Assembly: GCA_017991375.1 (NCBI GenBank)
Contig: JAGOQP010000004.1
Coordinates: forward strand, 6,499 to 70,498
Length of the DNA stretch: 64,000 bases
Direction: 5' to 3'
DNA from: Minisyncoccota bacterium
GTDB taxonomy: Bacteria; Patescibacteriota; Minisyncoccia; UBA6257; JAGOQP01
Part shown: positions 17,639 to 28,120 of the stretch, in pieces
Position numbering within the stretch: the stretch's first letter is position 1
How the letters are laid out: every line of letters starts with the position of its first letter
Notes under the pieces: model-generated
Seen by the model: only the letters and a program-made list of their open reading frames with translations
The model's database searches: none
Told to the model about the DNA's origin: nothing
Position numbers and translations under genes: made by a program

Positions 17639-18835
17639 TTATTGGTTAAGTACTTTACTCATAATGGAAAGCGCGTGATCGCATTCTTCTTTGGTTGTGT
17701 ATCGTCCAAATGAAAATCGGATGCTCTGTGTATTTCGATACTCGTCATATCCCATCGCGCTCAGAACGTGCGATGGTTTTGAAAAACGTTGCGCACATGC
17801 CGAGCCCGAAGATACCGCAAGCCCTTCTAAATCAAGCGCAATATGTAGATTGTCTTTATATGGAACGAATATATTTATAATGTGTGGCGAACATATTGTC
17901 GTATCGGTAACCGATCGCTCTATTTTTGGATATAGCTTTTTAAACGACTTATAGAAATATTCCGAGAGATCAAAAATTTTTTGATACTCGTCCACCCGGT
18001 TTTCGCACGCTATCTGGGACGCGCGAGAAAAACCAACAATACCCGCGACATTTTCTGTCCCCGATCTTATGCCGTATTCTTGGCCTCCACCCGTGATAAG
18101 CGCCGCTAAACCGGATGGCTCGCGCATATACAGCGCGCCTATTCCTTTTGGACCGTATATTTTATGAGCGCAGAGCGTCATATAATCCACTTTATGTGAG
18201 GTAACGTCCACCTTATGCAACGCATATGCTTGAGCCGCATCTGTGTGCACCAATGGATACATGCTTTTTCCCCCATGCTCCGAGCGAAATTGCTCTACCA
18301 GCGAAATAATTTCTTTTATCGGTTGTATAGCGCCCGTTTCATTGTTCACCCACATAACCGACACCAGTATCGTTCGATTATCCAGGTGTTTTCCAAGCGC
18401 TTTAAGATCAACCGTGCCGTTTGAGTCGACCGGGACATACACTATTTGAGCAGATCCATCTTTCTCGATGTCGGCAACTGTTTCTATAATCGAGGGATGT
18501 TCAATGGCGCTCACTATTATTTTGGGAATAACGCCACATCCTTTGTTGTTTCTGAAAAATGTTTTAAGCGCTCCTCTGATAACTATATTGTTTGCTTCTG
18601 TCGCGCTTGCGGTAAATATAAGTTCTCGATGATTTGCCCCGATGCATTTTGCGATTGTTACTCGAGCAGTATCAACAGCGGCTAGTGCTCGCTGACCATA
18701 CGCGTGGAGCGAATTTGGGTTTCCATAAATACTATCACTTTCCCCCTCTATATATGGAAGCATTGCCGCGGCAACGCGCTTGTCAATTGGCGTTGTGGCG
18801 GCGTAATCAAAATAAAGTGGAGATTTTTTAGCCAT
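17639..18835 (-). CDS. cysteine desulfurase (class V aminotransferase, NifS/IscS/SufS-like)
   Basis: LYFDYAATTP, SGHKIYGPKGIGALY (PLP-Lys region) and the SGSACAQ active-Cys loop are present. The start was moved to the MAKK Met, which has GGAGA about 9 nt upstream; this is inside the track ORF 17639..18901. Confidence 0.8.
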   Translation of the reverse strand: MAKKSPLYFDYAATTPIDKRVAAAMLPYIEGESDSIYGNPNSLHAYGQRALAAVDTARVTIAKCIGANHRELIFTASATEANNIVIRGALKTFFRNNKGCGVIPKIIVSAIEHPSIIETVADIEKDGSAQIVYVPVDSNGTVDLKALGKHLDNRTILVSVMWVNNETGAIQPIKEIISLVEQFRSEHGGKSMYPLVHTDAAQAYALHKVDVTSHKVDYMTLCAHKIYGPKGIGALYMREPSGLAALITGGGQEYGIRSGTENVAGIVGFSRASQIACENRVDEYQKIFDLSEYFYKSFKKLYPKIERSVTDTTICSPHIINIFVPYKDNLHIALDLEGLAVSSGSACAQRFSKPSHVLSAMGYDEYRNTQSIRFSFGRYTTKEECDHALSIMSKVLNQ

Positions 18836-18864
18836 AATCATCATTCTCCAGTATGACACGACTT

Positions 18865-19431
18865 TTAGAATAACCTTTGATAGAGCAACTTTTCCGTCCA
18901 ATCGAGAGGAACCTTAAGCACATCGGTGGTATTGCGCTGTGGAACTAAAAGATGTCCCTGTTTTTTGGCGAGCTCGTAGAGATCCTTGGTGATTTTTACA
19001 TCGTTTAAGCAATATGACTTGAGCTCGTCGATACGTCCCTCTTTATAGAAACTCACCGCGTCCAAGCCATGGCCCGTTTTGCCTAGTCCGATGTTTGCTT
19101 GAGCTAACAAATCCAGACCGATACGCTTTCCTATTGCCAACTCGATGTCATCGAGCATATCTATATGTGGGATCGAAAAGATATCAAAATCAAAATGTTT
19201 CGCCATCACTGGCAAATCAAACCGCGTAATAGCAAATCCTATGATGAGCTCTGTGTTTTTGAGTAGTTGAGCCACGTCGTTTAGTTCGTGCTCTTGGAAA
19301 GCTATAAACTCATCTTTGTTGTATGAATATACTCCCACCAGCGAGACATCCAACCCAGCAAAGTTGTCTCGCCCTACGTCCGCAAATGTGTTTTTTGTTT
19401 CGATATCAATAACTAAAGTATCTTTTTTCAT
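18865..19431 (-). CDS. DEDD-family 3'-5' exonuclease domain protein (DnaQ/RNase T-like)
   Basis: LVIDIETKNT is an Exo I motif (DxE). It is followed by H...D-type motifs (SYCLNDVKITKDLY), and the protein is 188 aa. Confidence 0.5.
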   Translation of the reverse strand: MKKDTLVIDIETKNTFADVGRDNFAGLDVSLVGVYSYNKDEFIAFQEHELNDVAQLLKNTELIIGFAITRFDLPVMAKHFDFDIFSIPHIDMLDDIELAIGKRIGLDLLAQANIGLGKTGHGLDAVSFYKEGRIDELKSYCLNDVKITKDLYELAKKQGHLLVPQRNTTDVLKVPLDWTEKLLYQRLF

Positions 19432-19635
19432 GCGCGTAGATTAGTACGTTTGCGTCGTTTTTCTATTGATGTCTGATGCGGCCTAAAAAGCGGCCACTAA
19501 AGTATGGAAAAACAATTCAAAGAGAGCACGACCATCAAAGATTATTCACCCACACAATTGTGAATTCCTTGTGGAACTATGTTACGGTAGCACGCGCGCG
19601 CAAATGATGTCAAAGTATTTAACTTGACGAATACG

Positions 19636-20994
19636 TCAATGTAGTACATGTACCCGTTTTGCCATGCTGCGAATGTCATTTTTGAGCACTTTACATACGG
19701 ACATATTCACTCCCGCGATATTTACACGCGCCACCGACTCGGTATTGGCGTATCGTACATTACACCACGCGTTATCGCTTGTGAGAGAAATTCCATCGCT
19801 ATCTGATACCTTGTATGCATTCTTGCGGCCATATGCTAAAAGCAGCTTATATATGCGTTTTAGGTGATTTTTGGATGCAGTAACGGTTTGTTCTGGTATT
19901 TGATAGACCCCTGGAAGCATGTCAACGTACCGCGATAACGCGTAGGGTAGTCGCGAGAGCGCGTTTATCACGCTTAGCGCCGCCATAACTGCTGAGTCAG
20001 AATAGAAGAACGATGAAAAATAGTAGTGCCCCGACCCTTCGATTCCTATATCGCTTTTTGTTTTTCTCATAAGAGAGCGCAAGAATACATGCCCCACGGG
20101 ACTGGCAGTTATATATACCGGATGAGTCAGTGTTTTTTTAAACACATTAACGTGAAATGCGTTTACCACCGACACAACACTTTTTTTTATTTTTTTGTAT
20201 GCCGCTAACAGACGCCAGATGTGTCCCGCCGACACCACATTTCCTTGTTCGTCCAGAAACACCGCGCGATCTCCATCCCCATCAATAATAACTCCCATAT
20301 CAGCGTGATGTTTTTTTATCGCGTCTTTGGTGTCTTGATGCGCCGATGATATGAGTGGATTAGGTCCATGCGCGCTAAACACTCCATCACATTTTTTGTT
20401 AAGTATGATACATGTAACACCTTGCTTTCGCATCGTTCGCGCAAGTATTTCCCATATCGGACCCGTTGATCCGTTTGATGTGTCTATCACCACTTTCAGT
20501 GGACGATTTACACTAATAAATCGTTTTAAAAAATGCGCGTACTGTTGATGATATTTTGATTTTCCGAGATTTGTTTTTTGCGCAGTCTCATTGTACTTTT
20601 CCGGTTGGATCCTTCCTAGTTGTTTTTTTATATTAGTGCCACCAATTCCCATTCCGCGCGCATCAAAAAATTTTAGGCCGTTGTACTCCTTTGGGTTGTG
20701 TGATGCCGTTACCATAATTCCCCCGGCTGATTTTAGTGTATGCACAAAATATACCACCATAGGCGTGGAGCAAAACCCTATATCGTAATACGCTATATTC
20801 GCTCGAGAGAGTCCCTCGCGCAATGCCGTATGTAGACCATACGAGCTCACCCGCGCATCATACCCAATAACCACAGCCCCCTGGCCACTAAACACCTTTT
20901 TTAGCTTACGCGCGATAGAAAAAACAACTCGTTCATTAATTTGGCTCGGATAGGTGCCCCTTATATCGTATAATCTGAATATAGAGTCGTTCAT
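19636..20994 (-). CDS. phosphomannomutase/phosphoglucomutase (alpha-D-phosphohexomutase)
   Basis: YDIRGTY at the N-terminus, the active-site TASHNP phosphoserine loop, and the metal-binding GVIIDGDGDR loop are present. Confidence 0.8.
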   Translation of the reverse strand: MNDSIFRLYDIRGTYPSQINERVVFSIARKLKKVFSGQGAVVIGYDARVSSYGLHTALREGLSRANIAYYDIGFCSTPMVVYFVHTLKSAGGIMVTASHNPKEYNGLKFFDARGMGIGGTNIKKQLGRIQPEKYNETAQKTNLGKSKYHQQYAHFLKRFISVNRPLKVVIDTSNGSTGPIWEILARTMRKQGVTCIILNKKCDGVFSAHGPNPLISSAHQDTKDAIKKHHADMGVIIDGDGDRAVFLDEQGNVVSAGHIWRLLAAYKKIKKSVVSVVNAFHVNVFKKTLTHPVYITASPVGHVFLRSLMRKTKSDIGIEGSGHYYFSSFFYSDSAVMAALSVINALSRLPYALSRYVDMLPGVYQIPEQTVTASKNHLKRIYKLLLAYGRKNAYKVSDSDGISLTSDNAWCNVRYANTESVARVNIAGVNMSVCKVLKNDIRSMAKRVHVLH

Positions 20995-21127
20995 GGTTTA
21001 TTAAGAATACCACAAAATTACCGTCAGTCGCACCATGTTGTTTTTTAATTGACATTCATTGCCAAACATCCTTATTTGCGCTTTAATTGAGTAAGAGATA
21101 CATACTGTTTCTTTTTTGTTTATTTTC

Positions 21128-23311
21128 ATGTCTAAAAAAAATAAAAAGAAGGGTGGGCAGATCAGAGAGAATCTTATTAAACCTCCGCAGCTTGGACAAC
21201 AGACGATACGAACCGTGTGGGCGCTTATTTTTTTAGCTGGCGCTATCGTCCTAACTCTCGCTGGGTTTCATAAGGCGGGAGACGCGGGAGAAATGCTTTT
21301 TGAGGGCTTGTATGCTCTTTTTGGATGGGGGTACGCGTTATTACCCGTAACGCTTGCCGGCATGAGCATCGAACTCCTTCTGCGACGTGACGAGCGAACC
21401 ATATACGGACCAACCCTTTGGGGGGCGCTTTTGTTTGTTGTCGCCGCGCTTGGTTTTATTGACGTTTGCGCTAACGCTCAAGCGGGATTTGTTGGAATCG
21501 GCGCTGGATATATTAAGGTGTTCTTGGGAGATGTCGCGTGGGGAATGGTTCTTCTTGTCGCCGCGGCTATTGGTATTGTCGTCTCGCTTGATCGTCCTAT
21601 TGTATTAAAAAGAGAAAAAAGCGAAGGAGATCAAGGTACTAATACAAAAAAGATTATTCCCTCATTGCCGTCATTTGAGACGCTTAACCGCGTAGAAGAC
21701 AAAAAAGAAAACGATAAGAAAGATGGGGTAGAAGAAAAAAAGAATACCGAGGATGTTCCTGTCCGCGCATTTAAATCAGATGATCGTAGGCGTACCGAAA
21801 GCGGCGTCATCAAAAAGTTTTCTGATTATAAGGCTCCCCCCATAGAACTCCTTAAGTCATCCATTGAAAAACCGAATGGAGGCGATCTTAAGGCAAACAT
21901 GAACATCATCCAGAGAACGCTGGAAAGTTTTGGCATTCCCGTTGAAATGGGTGAAATCAATATCGGTCCAAAAGTTACTCGCTACGCACTCAGACCCGCC
22001 GAGGGCATTAAACTCTCCCGCATAACAGCGCTTCACCAGGATTTATCACTTGCTCTATCCGCGCATCCTATCCGCATTGAAGCTCCTATTCCCGGAAAGC
22101 CGTATGTGGGCATTGAGGTACCAAATAAAAACGCCGCAGTCGTACGTCTTGGTAGTCTTATTTCGTATCCTGAGTTTGCTCAGGCGGGAAATCTTGGATT
22201 TGCTATCGGGCGAGACGTTACTGGAGAGCCGGTGTTTGCTAATGTTGAAAAAATGCCCCACATGCTCATCGCCGGCGCAACTGGATCGGGGAAATCCATT
22301 ATGCTTCATTCTGTGCTTATTTCGCTTCTGTATAAGAATTCCCCACAAACACTCCGACTGGTGCTTATTGACCCAAAGCGCGTTGAACTCTCCGCGTATA
22401 ACGGATTGCCGCACCTTATTGCTCCTGTGGTTACTCAAGGCAAAAAGGCATTGAGTGTATTTAAATGGGCAATTGCTGAAATGGAGAAGCGCTATGAAAC
22501 TCTTTTGAAAGCCGGCGTGCGCGACATTCAAAGCTACAACAAAAAGAATACTGGCGATCTTATGGCGTATGTAGTGATTGTTGTTGATGAAATGGCTGAC
22601 TTGATGGCCGCTTATGGACGTGATGTTGAAAACGCGATTGTCCGTCTCGCGCAAATGGCGCGCGCGACAGGGATTCACCTTGTTCTTTCGACACAACGAC
22701 CGTCGGTTGAGGTTATCACCGGTCTTATAAAAGCAAACATCACCGCACGTATCGCTCTCCAAGTAGCAAGCCAGATTGATTCACGAACTATTTTGGATTC
22801 CGCTGGCGCTGAGAAATTACTTGGCGGAGGAGATTTACTTTTTGTATCCGCTGAATTATCAAAACCAAAACGTATTCAAGGATCATATCTCAGTGAAGAT
22901 GAAATAAAAAAGGTAACCGATTTTATAAAAGAGAATAACGCTGATTGGGCGGGAGGAGTTGATGAAGAAGATATTTCTTTTGCCCAAGCAACCCAAGAGA
23001 ACGATAAAGAGCCGCGCGGAGACCAGAGCGCTAAAGATCTCTTTGAAGAGTACGCGGAGAACGAAGAAGATGATGATTTGTACAATGACGCTGTTGAATT
23101 GGTGCGACAATATCAAAAGGCATCAGCAACATTTTTGCAACGAAAGTTGGGGGTTGGATATTCACGCGCGGCGCGATTACTCGATCTTATGGAAGAACGT
23201 AATATCATCGGCCCAGGAAATGGCGCAAAGGCACGCGAGGTTTATGTGCTACCCGATAACCCTCAGGCCGCTCTTCCTCGAGACGACGAACAAGAGGAAG
23301 ATGTTGCCTAA
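21128..23311 (+). CDS. ftsK: DNA translocase FtsK/SpoIIIE
   Basis: It has N-terminal TM helices, a Walker A (GATGSGKS), a Walker B (VVDEMADLM), and a C-terminal winged-helix gamma domain (ATFLQRKLGVGYSRAARLLDLMEE). The start was moved from the track's TTG to the ATG at 21128. Confidence 0.85.
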   Translation: MSKKNKKKGGQIRENLIKPPQLGQQTIRTVWALIFLAGAIVLTLAGFHKAGDAGEMLFEGLYALFGWGYALLPVTLAGMSIELLLRRDERTIYGPTLWGALLFVVAALGFIDVCANAQAGFVGIGAGYIKVFLGDVAWGMVLLVAAAIGIVVSLDRPIVLKREKSEGDQGTNTKKIIPSLPSFETLNRVEDKKENDKKDGVEEKKNTEDVPVRAFKSDDRRRTESGVIKKFSDYKAPPIELLKSSIEKPNGGDLKANMNIIQRTLESFGIPVEMGEINIGPKVTRYALRPAEGIKLSRITALHQDLSLALSAHPIRIEAPIPGKPYVGIEVPNKNAAVVRLGSLISYPEFAQAGNLGFAIGRDVTGEPVFANVEKMPHMLIAGATGSGKSIMLHSVLISLLYKNSPQTLRLVLIDPKRVELSAYNGLPHLIAPVVTQGKKALSVFKWAIAEMEKRYETLLKAGVRDIQSYNKKNTGDLMAYVVIVVDEMADLMAAYGRDVENAIVRLAQMARATGIHLVLSTQRPSVEVITGLIKANITARIALQVASQIDSRTILDSAGAEKLLGGGDLLFVSAELSKPKRIQGSYLSEDEIKKVTDFIKENNADWAGGVDEEDISFAQATQENDKEPRGDQSAKDLFEEYAENEEDDDLYNDAVELVRQYQKASATFLQRKLGVGYSRAARLLDLMEERNIIGPGNGAKAREVYVLPDNPQAALPRDDEQEEDVA

Positions 23312-23403
23312 TAACTCTTCTTTACTTATTCCTTTTTTATATATAGGATATAAGTGCATATTGCCTTTTTTACTGTCTATAGGTCATTTTTGGGGCTTTG
23401 TAT

Positions 23404-24114
23404 ATGGAAATAAAAGATTTTGCGGCAACAATTAAAGAGGCCATGCGAGCGCACGGTTTTAGCGAAGACCGCCTCGGGGAAGAGACGGGGATCGCCCCAC
23501 GACATTTGAGGGCTCTTTTTGATCATGATACCGACAATTTGCCTGCCGCGCCTTATGTTCGAGGATACATACAAAATATAGCCGAGGTTCTCGATTTAAA
23601 CGGTGATCAACTGTGGAGTGAATACACCGTTACCCAGAACATCAAACGATCTGGGGTTGATGACACTTTGCCTATTAATCGCTTCGCGCAACGAGCGATT
23701 CATAAGAAATGGATTTTCATAGCGATTATCGGACTTATCGTGATTGCATATGCTATCCCCAAGGTAGCGAACTTTTTTGGAAGACCATCACTTGAAATTA
23801 CCACTCCCGCCGTTGATAAAATCACCGTGGACAACCAACTGCTTACTATCAGCGGGCGGATTGCCAACCGACAAGACAAGGTTACCATAAACGATGAGGA
23901 AATCGTTGTGCGTGATGATGGAGCGTTTGAAAAAGAGGTTCCTCTTTCTGAAGGTATTAACACTTTTGAAATAAAAGCTTCTCGTTTCTTGGGGAGTCAG
24001 ATGATTGTTGAACGGACGGTTATTTATCAATCAAAAGCCGTGTTCAAGCCAGCAGCCGGCACCACCACATCGGCAACTTCTTCCGTTAGAGGCGATTATA
24101 TTATTGAAGAATAA
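23404..24114 (+). CDS. RodZ-like protein (N-terminal HTH, single TM, C-terminal beta domain)
   Basis: The N-terminal XRE-type HTH (TGIAPRHLRALFD) is followed by a TM segment (WIFIAIIGLIVIAY) and an extracytoplasmic domain. This architecture matches the cytoskeleton protein RodZ. Confidence 0.5.
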   Translation: MEIKDFAATIKEAMRAHGFSEDRLGEETGIAPRHLRALFDHDTDNLPAAPYVRGYIQNIAEVLDLNGDQLWSEYTVTQNIKRSGVDDTLPINRFAQRAIHKKWIFIAIIGLIVIAYAIPKVANFFGRPSLEITTPAVDKITVDNQLLTISGRIANRQDKVTINDEEIVVRDDGAFEKEVPLSEGINTFEIKASRFLGSQMIVERTVIYQSKAVFKPAAGTTTSATSSVRGDYIIEE

Positions 24115-24172
24115 TCCCTTTCACACCAAAACGTTTTTTTTGAAAAACTTTGCCTGCCGCATGGAGATATTT

Positions 24173-24934
24173 TTATACTCTGAATAAGGCCTGTGTATTT
24201 GATACTACTTTTTTTCTTGTTTGTTCCAACGACACCCCCCATACATTAGCAAGCGCTTCATATATCTCGGTGATATAGGAAGGTTCGTTTGCTTGCCCGC
24301 GATGGGATTTGGGAGCAACCCATGGCGCGTCTGTTTCCAAAAGGATATTTTCCCGCGGAATTGTTTTTATTACCTCATCAAATGTTCTATTAAACGTAAT
24401 AAGCCCTCCAAACGTAAAATAAAAACCCATACTCATAAGCTCATGAGCATCAGATAGCGTTCCGGTAAAAAAGTGAAGAGCCCCCGGACGAGAAAGAAGT
24501 TTTTCTTTGTTTTGTTTTAGCATCTCTATCGTATCCGCGAATGCTTCGCGACAATGAATCACGAGTGGTTTTTGCACCTGGTGCGCAAGATCAATGTGTT
24601 TTTGAAACAGTTTTTTTTGTCCTTCTTTCTTTGATTCGTCGTTTAAACGAAAATACTCCAACCCACATTCACCTATGCCAACGACTTTTTCGTCACGCGC
24701 ATATTCCGCTATTTCCTCTACCGTTCCGGCTTCTGTCGGGTGGATACCAATGGTTGCCCACATAGTATTGTGTTGATGTGCCAAGATAATCGCGTCTTTG
24801 CTTGTTTTAACATCGGCCCCAGCGTTTATCATGGCCACTCCCGCCTCTTTAGCACGCAGAATAATACCCTCTCTGTCGGCATCGCATGATTTAAATTGAA
24901 TATGTGTGTGGGCGTCGATAAAAGAGTAACTCAT
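24173..24934 (-). CDS. TatD-family metal-dependent hydrolase
   Basis: FIDAHTHI is the HxH metal-binding start of the TIM barrel. The conserved H, E and D positions are present. The start was moved to the MSYSF Met. Confidence 0.8.
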   Translation of the reverse strand: MSYSFIDAHTHIQFKSCDADREGIILRAKEAGVAMINAGADVKTSKDAIILAHQHNTMWATIGIHPTEAGTVEEIAEYARDEKVVGIGECGLEYFRLNDESKKEGQKKLFQKHIDLAHQVQKPLVIHCREAFADTIEMLKQNKEKLLSRPGALHFFTGTLSDAHELMSMGFYFTFGGLITFNRTFDEVIKTIPRENILLETDAPWVAPKSHRGQANEPSYITEIYEALANVWGVSLEQTRKKVVSNTQALFRV

Positions 24935-24994
24935 AACAAAGGACCTACGATTAACAACAATAAATCCCATTTACTGTAAACCGCCCGGCATCTT

Positions 24995-25025
24995 TTTGCA
25001 AACAAAAAGGTCCCCACGGGGGACC
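24995..25025 (-). terminator. Rho-independent terminator for the 25049..25483 gene
   Basis: On the minus strand, ggtcccc-cgu-ggggacc is followed by tttttgtttg. Confidence 0.55.
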
Positions 25026-25048
25026 ATCGAGAACATGGGGCTTTAGGG

Positions 25049-25483
25049 TTATGACAATTTCTGCAGAATCAAAATATCTCCCCAAAAAAGATCGTCGTCC
25101 CCTAACTCAGCCACAACACATTCTGGGTTGGTGTTTTCGCGCCAGCTACATTTTAGCGACTTTCTTTTCCCCGACGCATTTTCTACAAAGATAAGAGTGC
25201 TACAGAGACGAGATAGATAGAAAGGGCTTTCTCCCTCGGCAATGTTATCCAAAACAACAAGCACAAAGCCCGTGGGTACCCATGGATCAATCGCGGCTGT
25301 CTCAAACCATTTAAGAATATCAACGACCTTTGCTGGTATATCACCAACAAGAGAAAATTTATTCGCGACGCTACATCTAGGGCTCGCTAGGAAGTCAATG
25401 ATTTCTGGCGATATCTCTATTTCTTGAGGCAACCAAAAGCCGTGTGGAACAGTACACATCGGTTCGCGACGAAGGATGATCAC
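25049..25483 (-). CDS. hypothetical protein
   Basis: 144-aa ORF with non-repetitive composition, followed by a clean terminator. No recognisable motif. Confidence 0.4.
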   Translation of the reverse strand: MIILRREPMCTVPHGFWLPQEIEISPEIIDFLASPRCSVANKFSLVGDIPAKVVDILKWFETAAIDPWVPTGFVLVVLDNIAEGESPFYLSRLCSTLIFVENASGKRKSLKCSWRENTNPECVVAELGDDDLFWGDILILQKLS

Positions 25484-25547
25484 GCCACCCCTCCTTTCTT
25501 AAAGTACGTGGTTTATTTATATCCTATCTGGAATGCGCAGTCAATCG

Positions 25548-27026
25548 CTATTCCAACCGAGGAAATAGATTTGTTCCTTTTTTGACTGATACTATTTTTC
25601 CTTTAAGAGTGATGCTGTTTCCTATCTTTTTTGCCGTATCCGGGAGAAATGGCGTTAGTAACACACCTACCGCATTGGCTATAACCGCGAGATTGTAGAG
25701 CGTCTTTTCGTTTTCTATGAGAGAGTGCTTTTCATCCCATGGCTTTTTTTCATTGATATACATATCGCCGAACGCGATAAGATTCCAAAGAGTATTTACC
25801 GCATCATTGAGATGAAATGTGTTTATATGTTCGTCTATTGCCTGCGCTGTTGTTTTTATTTTGTTTTCAACAATCAGATCCATCATGCGATGATCATTGT
25901 TAACTGGATAGTGGCGCTTTGAGATCATCCCCACCACTCGCGCGATAAAATTACCCAGCCCATTAGCAAGATCCGCGTTGTATCTGTTTTTGAACTTTTC
26001 TTCTGAATAGTCCCCGTCCTCGGTTGTCGCAATTTCTCGTATAAGATAGTGACGTACCGCGTCGGTCCCATAGCGCGATACCAAATCGACTGGCGAAATT
26101 ACATTCCCTAGCGACTTTGACATTTTTTGTCCGTTTACGTTTATATGCCCATGTACGAGCAGTTTTTTTGGCAAAGGAAGTTTCGCGGACAACAACATCG
26201 CTGGCCATATAGCGGCATGGAATCGCAAAATATCTTTCCCAATGACGTGCACATATGCCGGCCACCATTTATTAAATTCTTCTTCGTCTCGTCCATATCC
26301 AATTCCCGATATGTAGTTAGTTAACGCATCGGCCCATACATACATTGTTTGAGTGGCGTCCTCTGGGACCGCAATCCCCCATTTGAGTTTTTGCGCCGAG
26401 CGAGAAAAACTTACATCTTCTAGACCTTTTTCCATAAGCGACAATATTTCGTTTGCTTTTGATTCGGGGATTATTTCTAATTCTTTTTCTTTGATCTTAT
26501 TTTTGAGTGTTTTGGTGTACGCGGAAAGACGGAAAAACCAATTTTCTTCTTGAATCAGTTCGGGTTCTTTGCAGTGAATGGCGCATTTACCGTCTATAAG
26601 ATCTTTATCGGTTACAAATGCTTCACATCCAGCGCAATAAAGCCCATGATATGTTCTCTTATATAAATCTCCCGATTCGGCCAGAGCCGCCCACATTTTT
26701 TGAACTCCTGGCAGATGATTTTTTTTATCAGTTGTTCTTATGAATTGGTTCCACGCTATGTTGAGTGTTTTTTTAAGATCTTTGAATGCTTTGCTATTTT
26801 TATCTACTAGTTTTTTTGGAGTAATTCCAACTTTTTGGGCTGTTTTTTCGATTTTCGTTCCATGCTCATCCGATCCTGTCATAAAGAACACATTGTGTCC
26901 TTGTTGGCGATAATATCGAGCAATAACGTCTGCTTGGACAAACTCAAGCGCGTGCCCTATATGAGGGACGTCGTTTACATACGGAATTGATGTAGTTATG
27001 TATATCTTTTTATCCGTGTTACCCAT
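25548..27026 (-). CDS. metG: methionine--tRNA ligase
   Basis: PYVNDVPHIGH is the HIGH motif and KMSKSLGNV is the KMSKS motif. Zn-knuckle cysteines (CAGCEAFV...CAIHCK) and an anticodon-binding helical domain are present. The start was moved to the Met preceding GNTDKKIYITT. Confidence 0.9.
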   Translation of the reverse strand: MGNTDKKIYITTSIPYVNDVPHIGHALEFVQADVIARYYRQQGHNVFFMTGSDEHGTKIEKTAQKVGITPKKLVDKNSKAFKDLKKTLNIAWNQFIRTTDKKNHLPGVQKMWAALAESGDLYKRTYHGLYCAGCEAFVTDKDLIDGKCAIHCKEPELIQEENWFFRLSAYTKTLKNKIKEKELEIIPESKANEILSLMEKGLEDVSFSRSAQKLKWGIAVPEDATQTMYVWADALTNYISGIGYGRDEEEFNKWWPAYVHVIGKDILRFHAAIWPAMLLSAKLPLPKKLLVHGHINVNGQKMSKSLGNVISPVDLVSRYGTDAVRHYLIREIATTEDGDYSEEKFKNRYNADLANGLGNFIARVVGMISKRHYPVNNDHRMMDLIVENKIKTTAQAIDEHINTFHLNDAVNTLWNLIAFGDMYINEKKPWDEKHSLIENEKTLYNLAVIANAVGVLLTPFLPDTAKKIGNSITLKGKIVSVKKGTNLFPRLE

Positions 27027-28041
27027 TTGTCTTTTCTCGTAAAATTCTTTTTCGTTCGGACCAATCGTCGGCAACTTCCTGCAAAATAATAACCACTGGA
27101 ACCGCTAAAACTACCCCCACCAGTCCGGATATTTCCGACCCCGCGATCATCGCGATAACAATCATCACTGGATCTACTCCGATAGCCCTACTCATAATAA
27201 GCGGGACTAGTACATGATTTTCTATTTGCTGAATTAGTATGAACACCGCGACTGCTATAATTGCTAATGTCAATGATTTTGGCAATGTTATCAAAAACGT
27301 TATGATACCAACCACAATTGGACCGACATAGGGAATAAGTTCCAACACCGCCGCTAATAACGCGAGCACGAGCGCGTAATCAACACCCATAATCACTAAA
27401 CCAATAAACGTGAGTGCGCCCACAATAAAACTTAGTAATAATTGACCACTTAACCATTTGCCCAACTTATGTCGCGTTCGCGTGTAGAGTCCCACTACAT
27501 ACTCTTCCTTGCTCGTTGGGAGAACTGCTCGAATGAATCGCTCAACGCCATCTCTACTCAAAGCCATATAAAATGAGAGTACTAGCGAGACGCCGATAAG
27601 GAACATATTACCTACTATGGCGGCGATAACACTCCAGAAATCGGCCCCACCACCCGCCAGCATACCAATAAGGCCCCCAACTCCTTTGTCTAATTGCATC
27701 ACCACATCAGATGTTCCTAGCGACTCTAATGCGGGAATTTTCAGTTCGTTTATATGATCCAATAGATAGCGGAGTTGTATGAGCGATATAGGAACTAATG
27801 TGTATAGTAATAGCGCTATTATTGCCGTCCCAACAATAAATATCGTCAAAACACCCAATAATCGAGGGATTCCTTTGCGTTCTAAGTACGCCACCGGCGC
27901 GTGAAGCGCTGACGAAATAATAATAGCCACTCCTACCATAACTAACGCCGAGCGCGCATAAAACAACGCCACCATCAAGACGATCATTGCCGCTATTTTC
28001 CATAGCGTTGCCCACGATATATCAAACTGTTTTTGCTCCAT
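27019..28041 (-). CDS. AI-2E family transporter (UPF0118/PerM-like)
   Basis: 340 aa with about 8 TM helices and the family's characteristic layout, including the conserved region LIPYVGPIVVGI. Confidence 0.75.
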   Translation of the reverse strand: MEQKQFDISWATLWKIAAMIVLMVALFYARSALVMVGVAIIISSALHAPVAYLERKGIPRLLGVLTIFIVGTAIIALLLYTLVPISLIQLRYLLDHINELKIPALESLGTSDVVMQLDKGVGGLIGMLAGGGADFWSVIAAIVGNMFLIGVSLVLSFYMALSRDGVERFIRAVLPTSKEEYVVGLYTRTRHKLGKWLSGQLLLSFIVGALTFIGLVIMGVDYALVLALLAAVLELIPYVGPIVVGIITFLITLPKSLTLAIIAVAVFILIQQIENHVLVPLIMSRAIGVDPVMIVIAMIAGSEISGLVGVVLAVPVVIILQEVADDWSERKRILREKTNG

Positions 28042-28120
28042 CTATATTTTTAATAATACGTAACTATTTGCTATACAACAAGAGCGTCCCGCTGGACGCT
28101 CCATGTTGATTTCTCACTTT

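Noticed and set aside
21049-21080. TTGACA-17-TTATTT promoter for ftsK
   Set aside because: The -10 hexamer is weak (TTATTT) and there is no supporting TG extension, so it is left unannotated.
22055-22762. 235-aa minus-strand ORF inside ftsK
   Set aside because: It is fully nested antisense to the well-supported FtsK motor domain, and Cys/His/Arg-rich.
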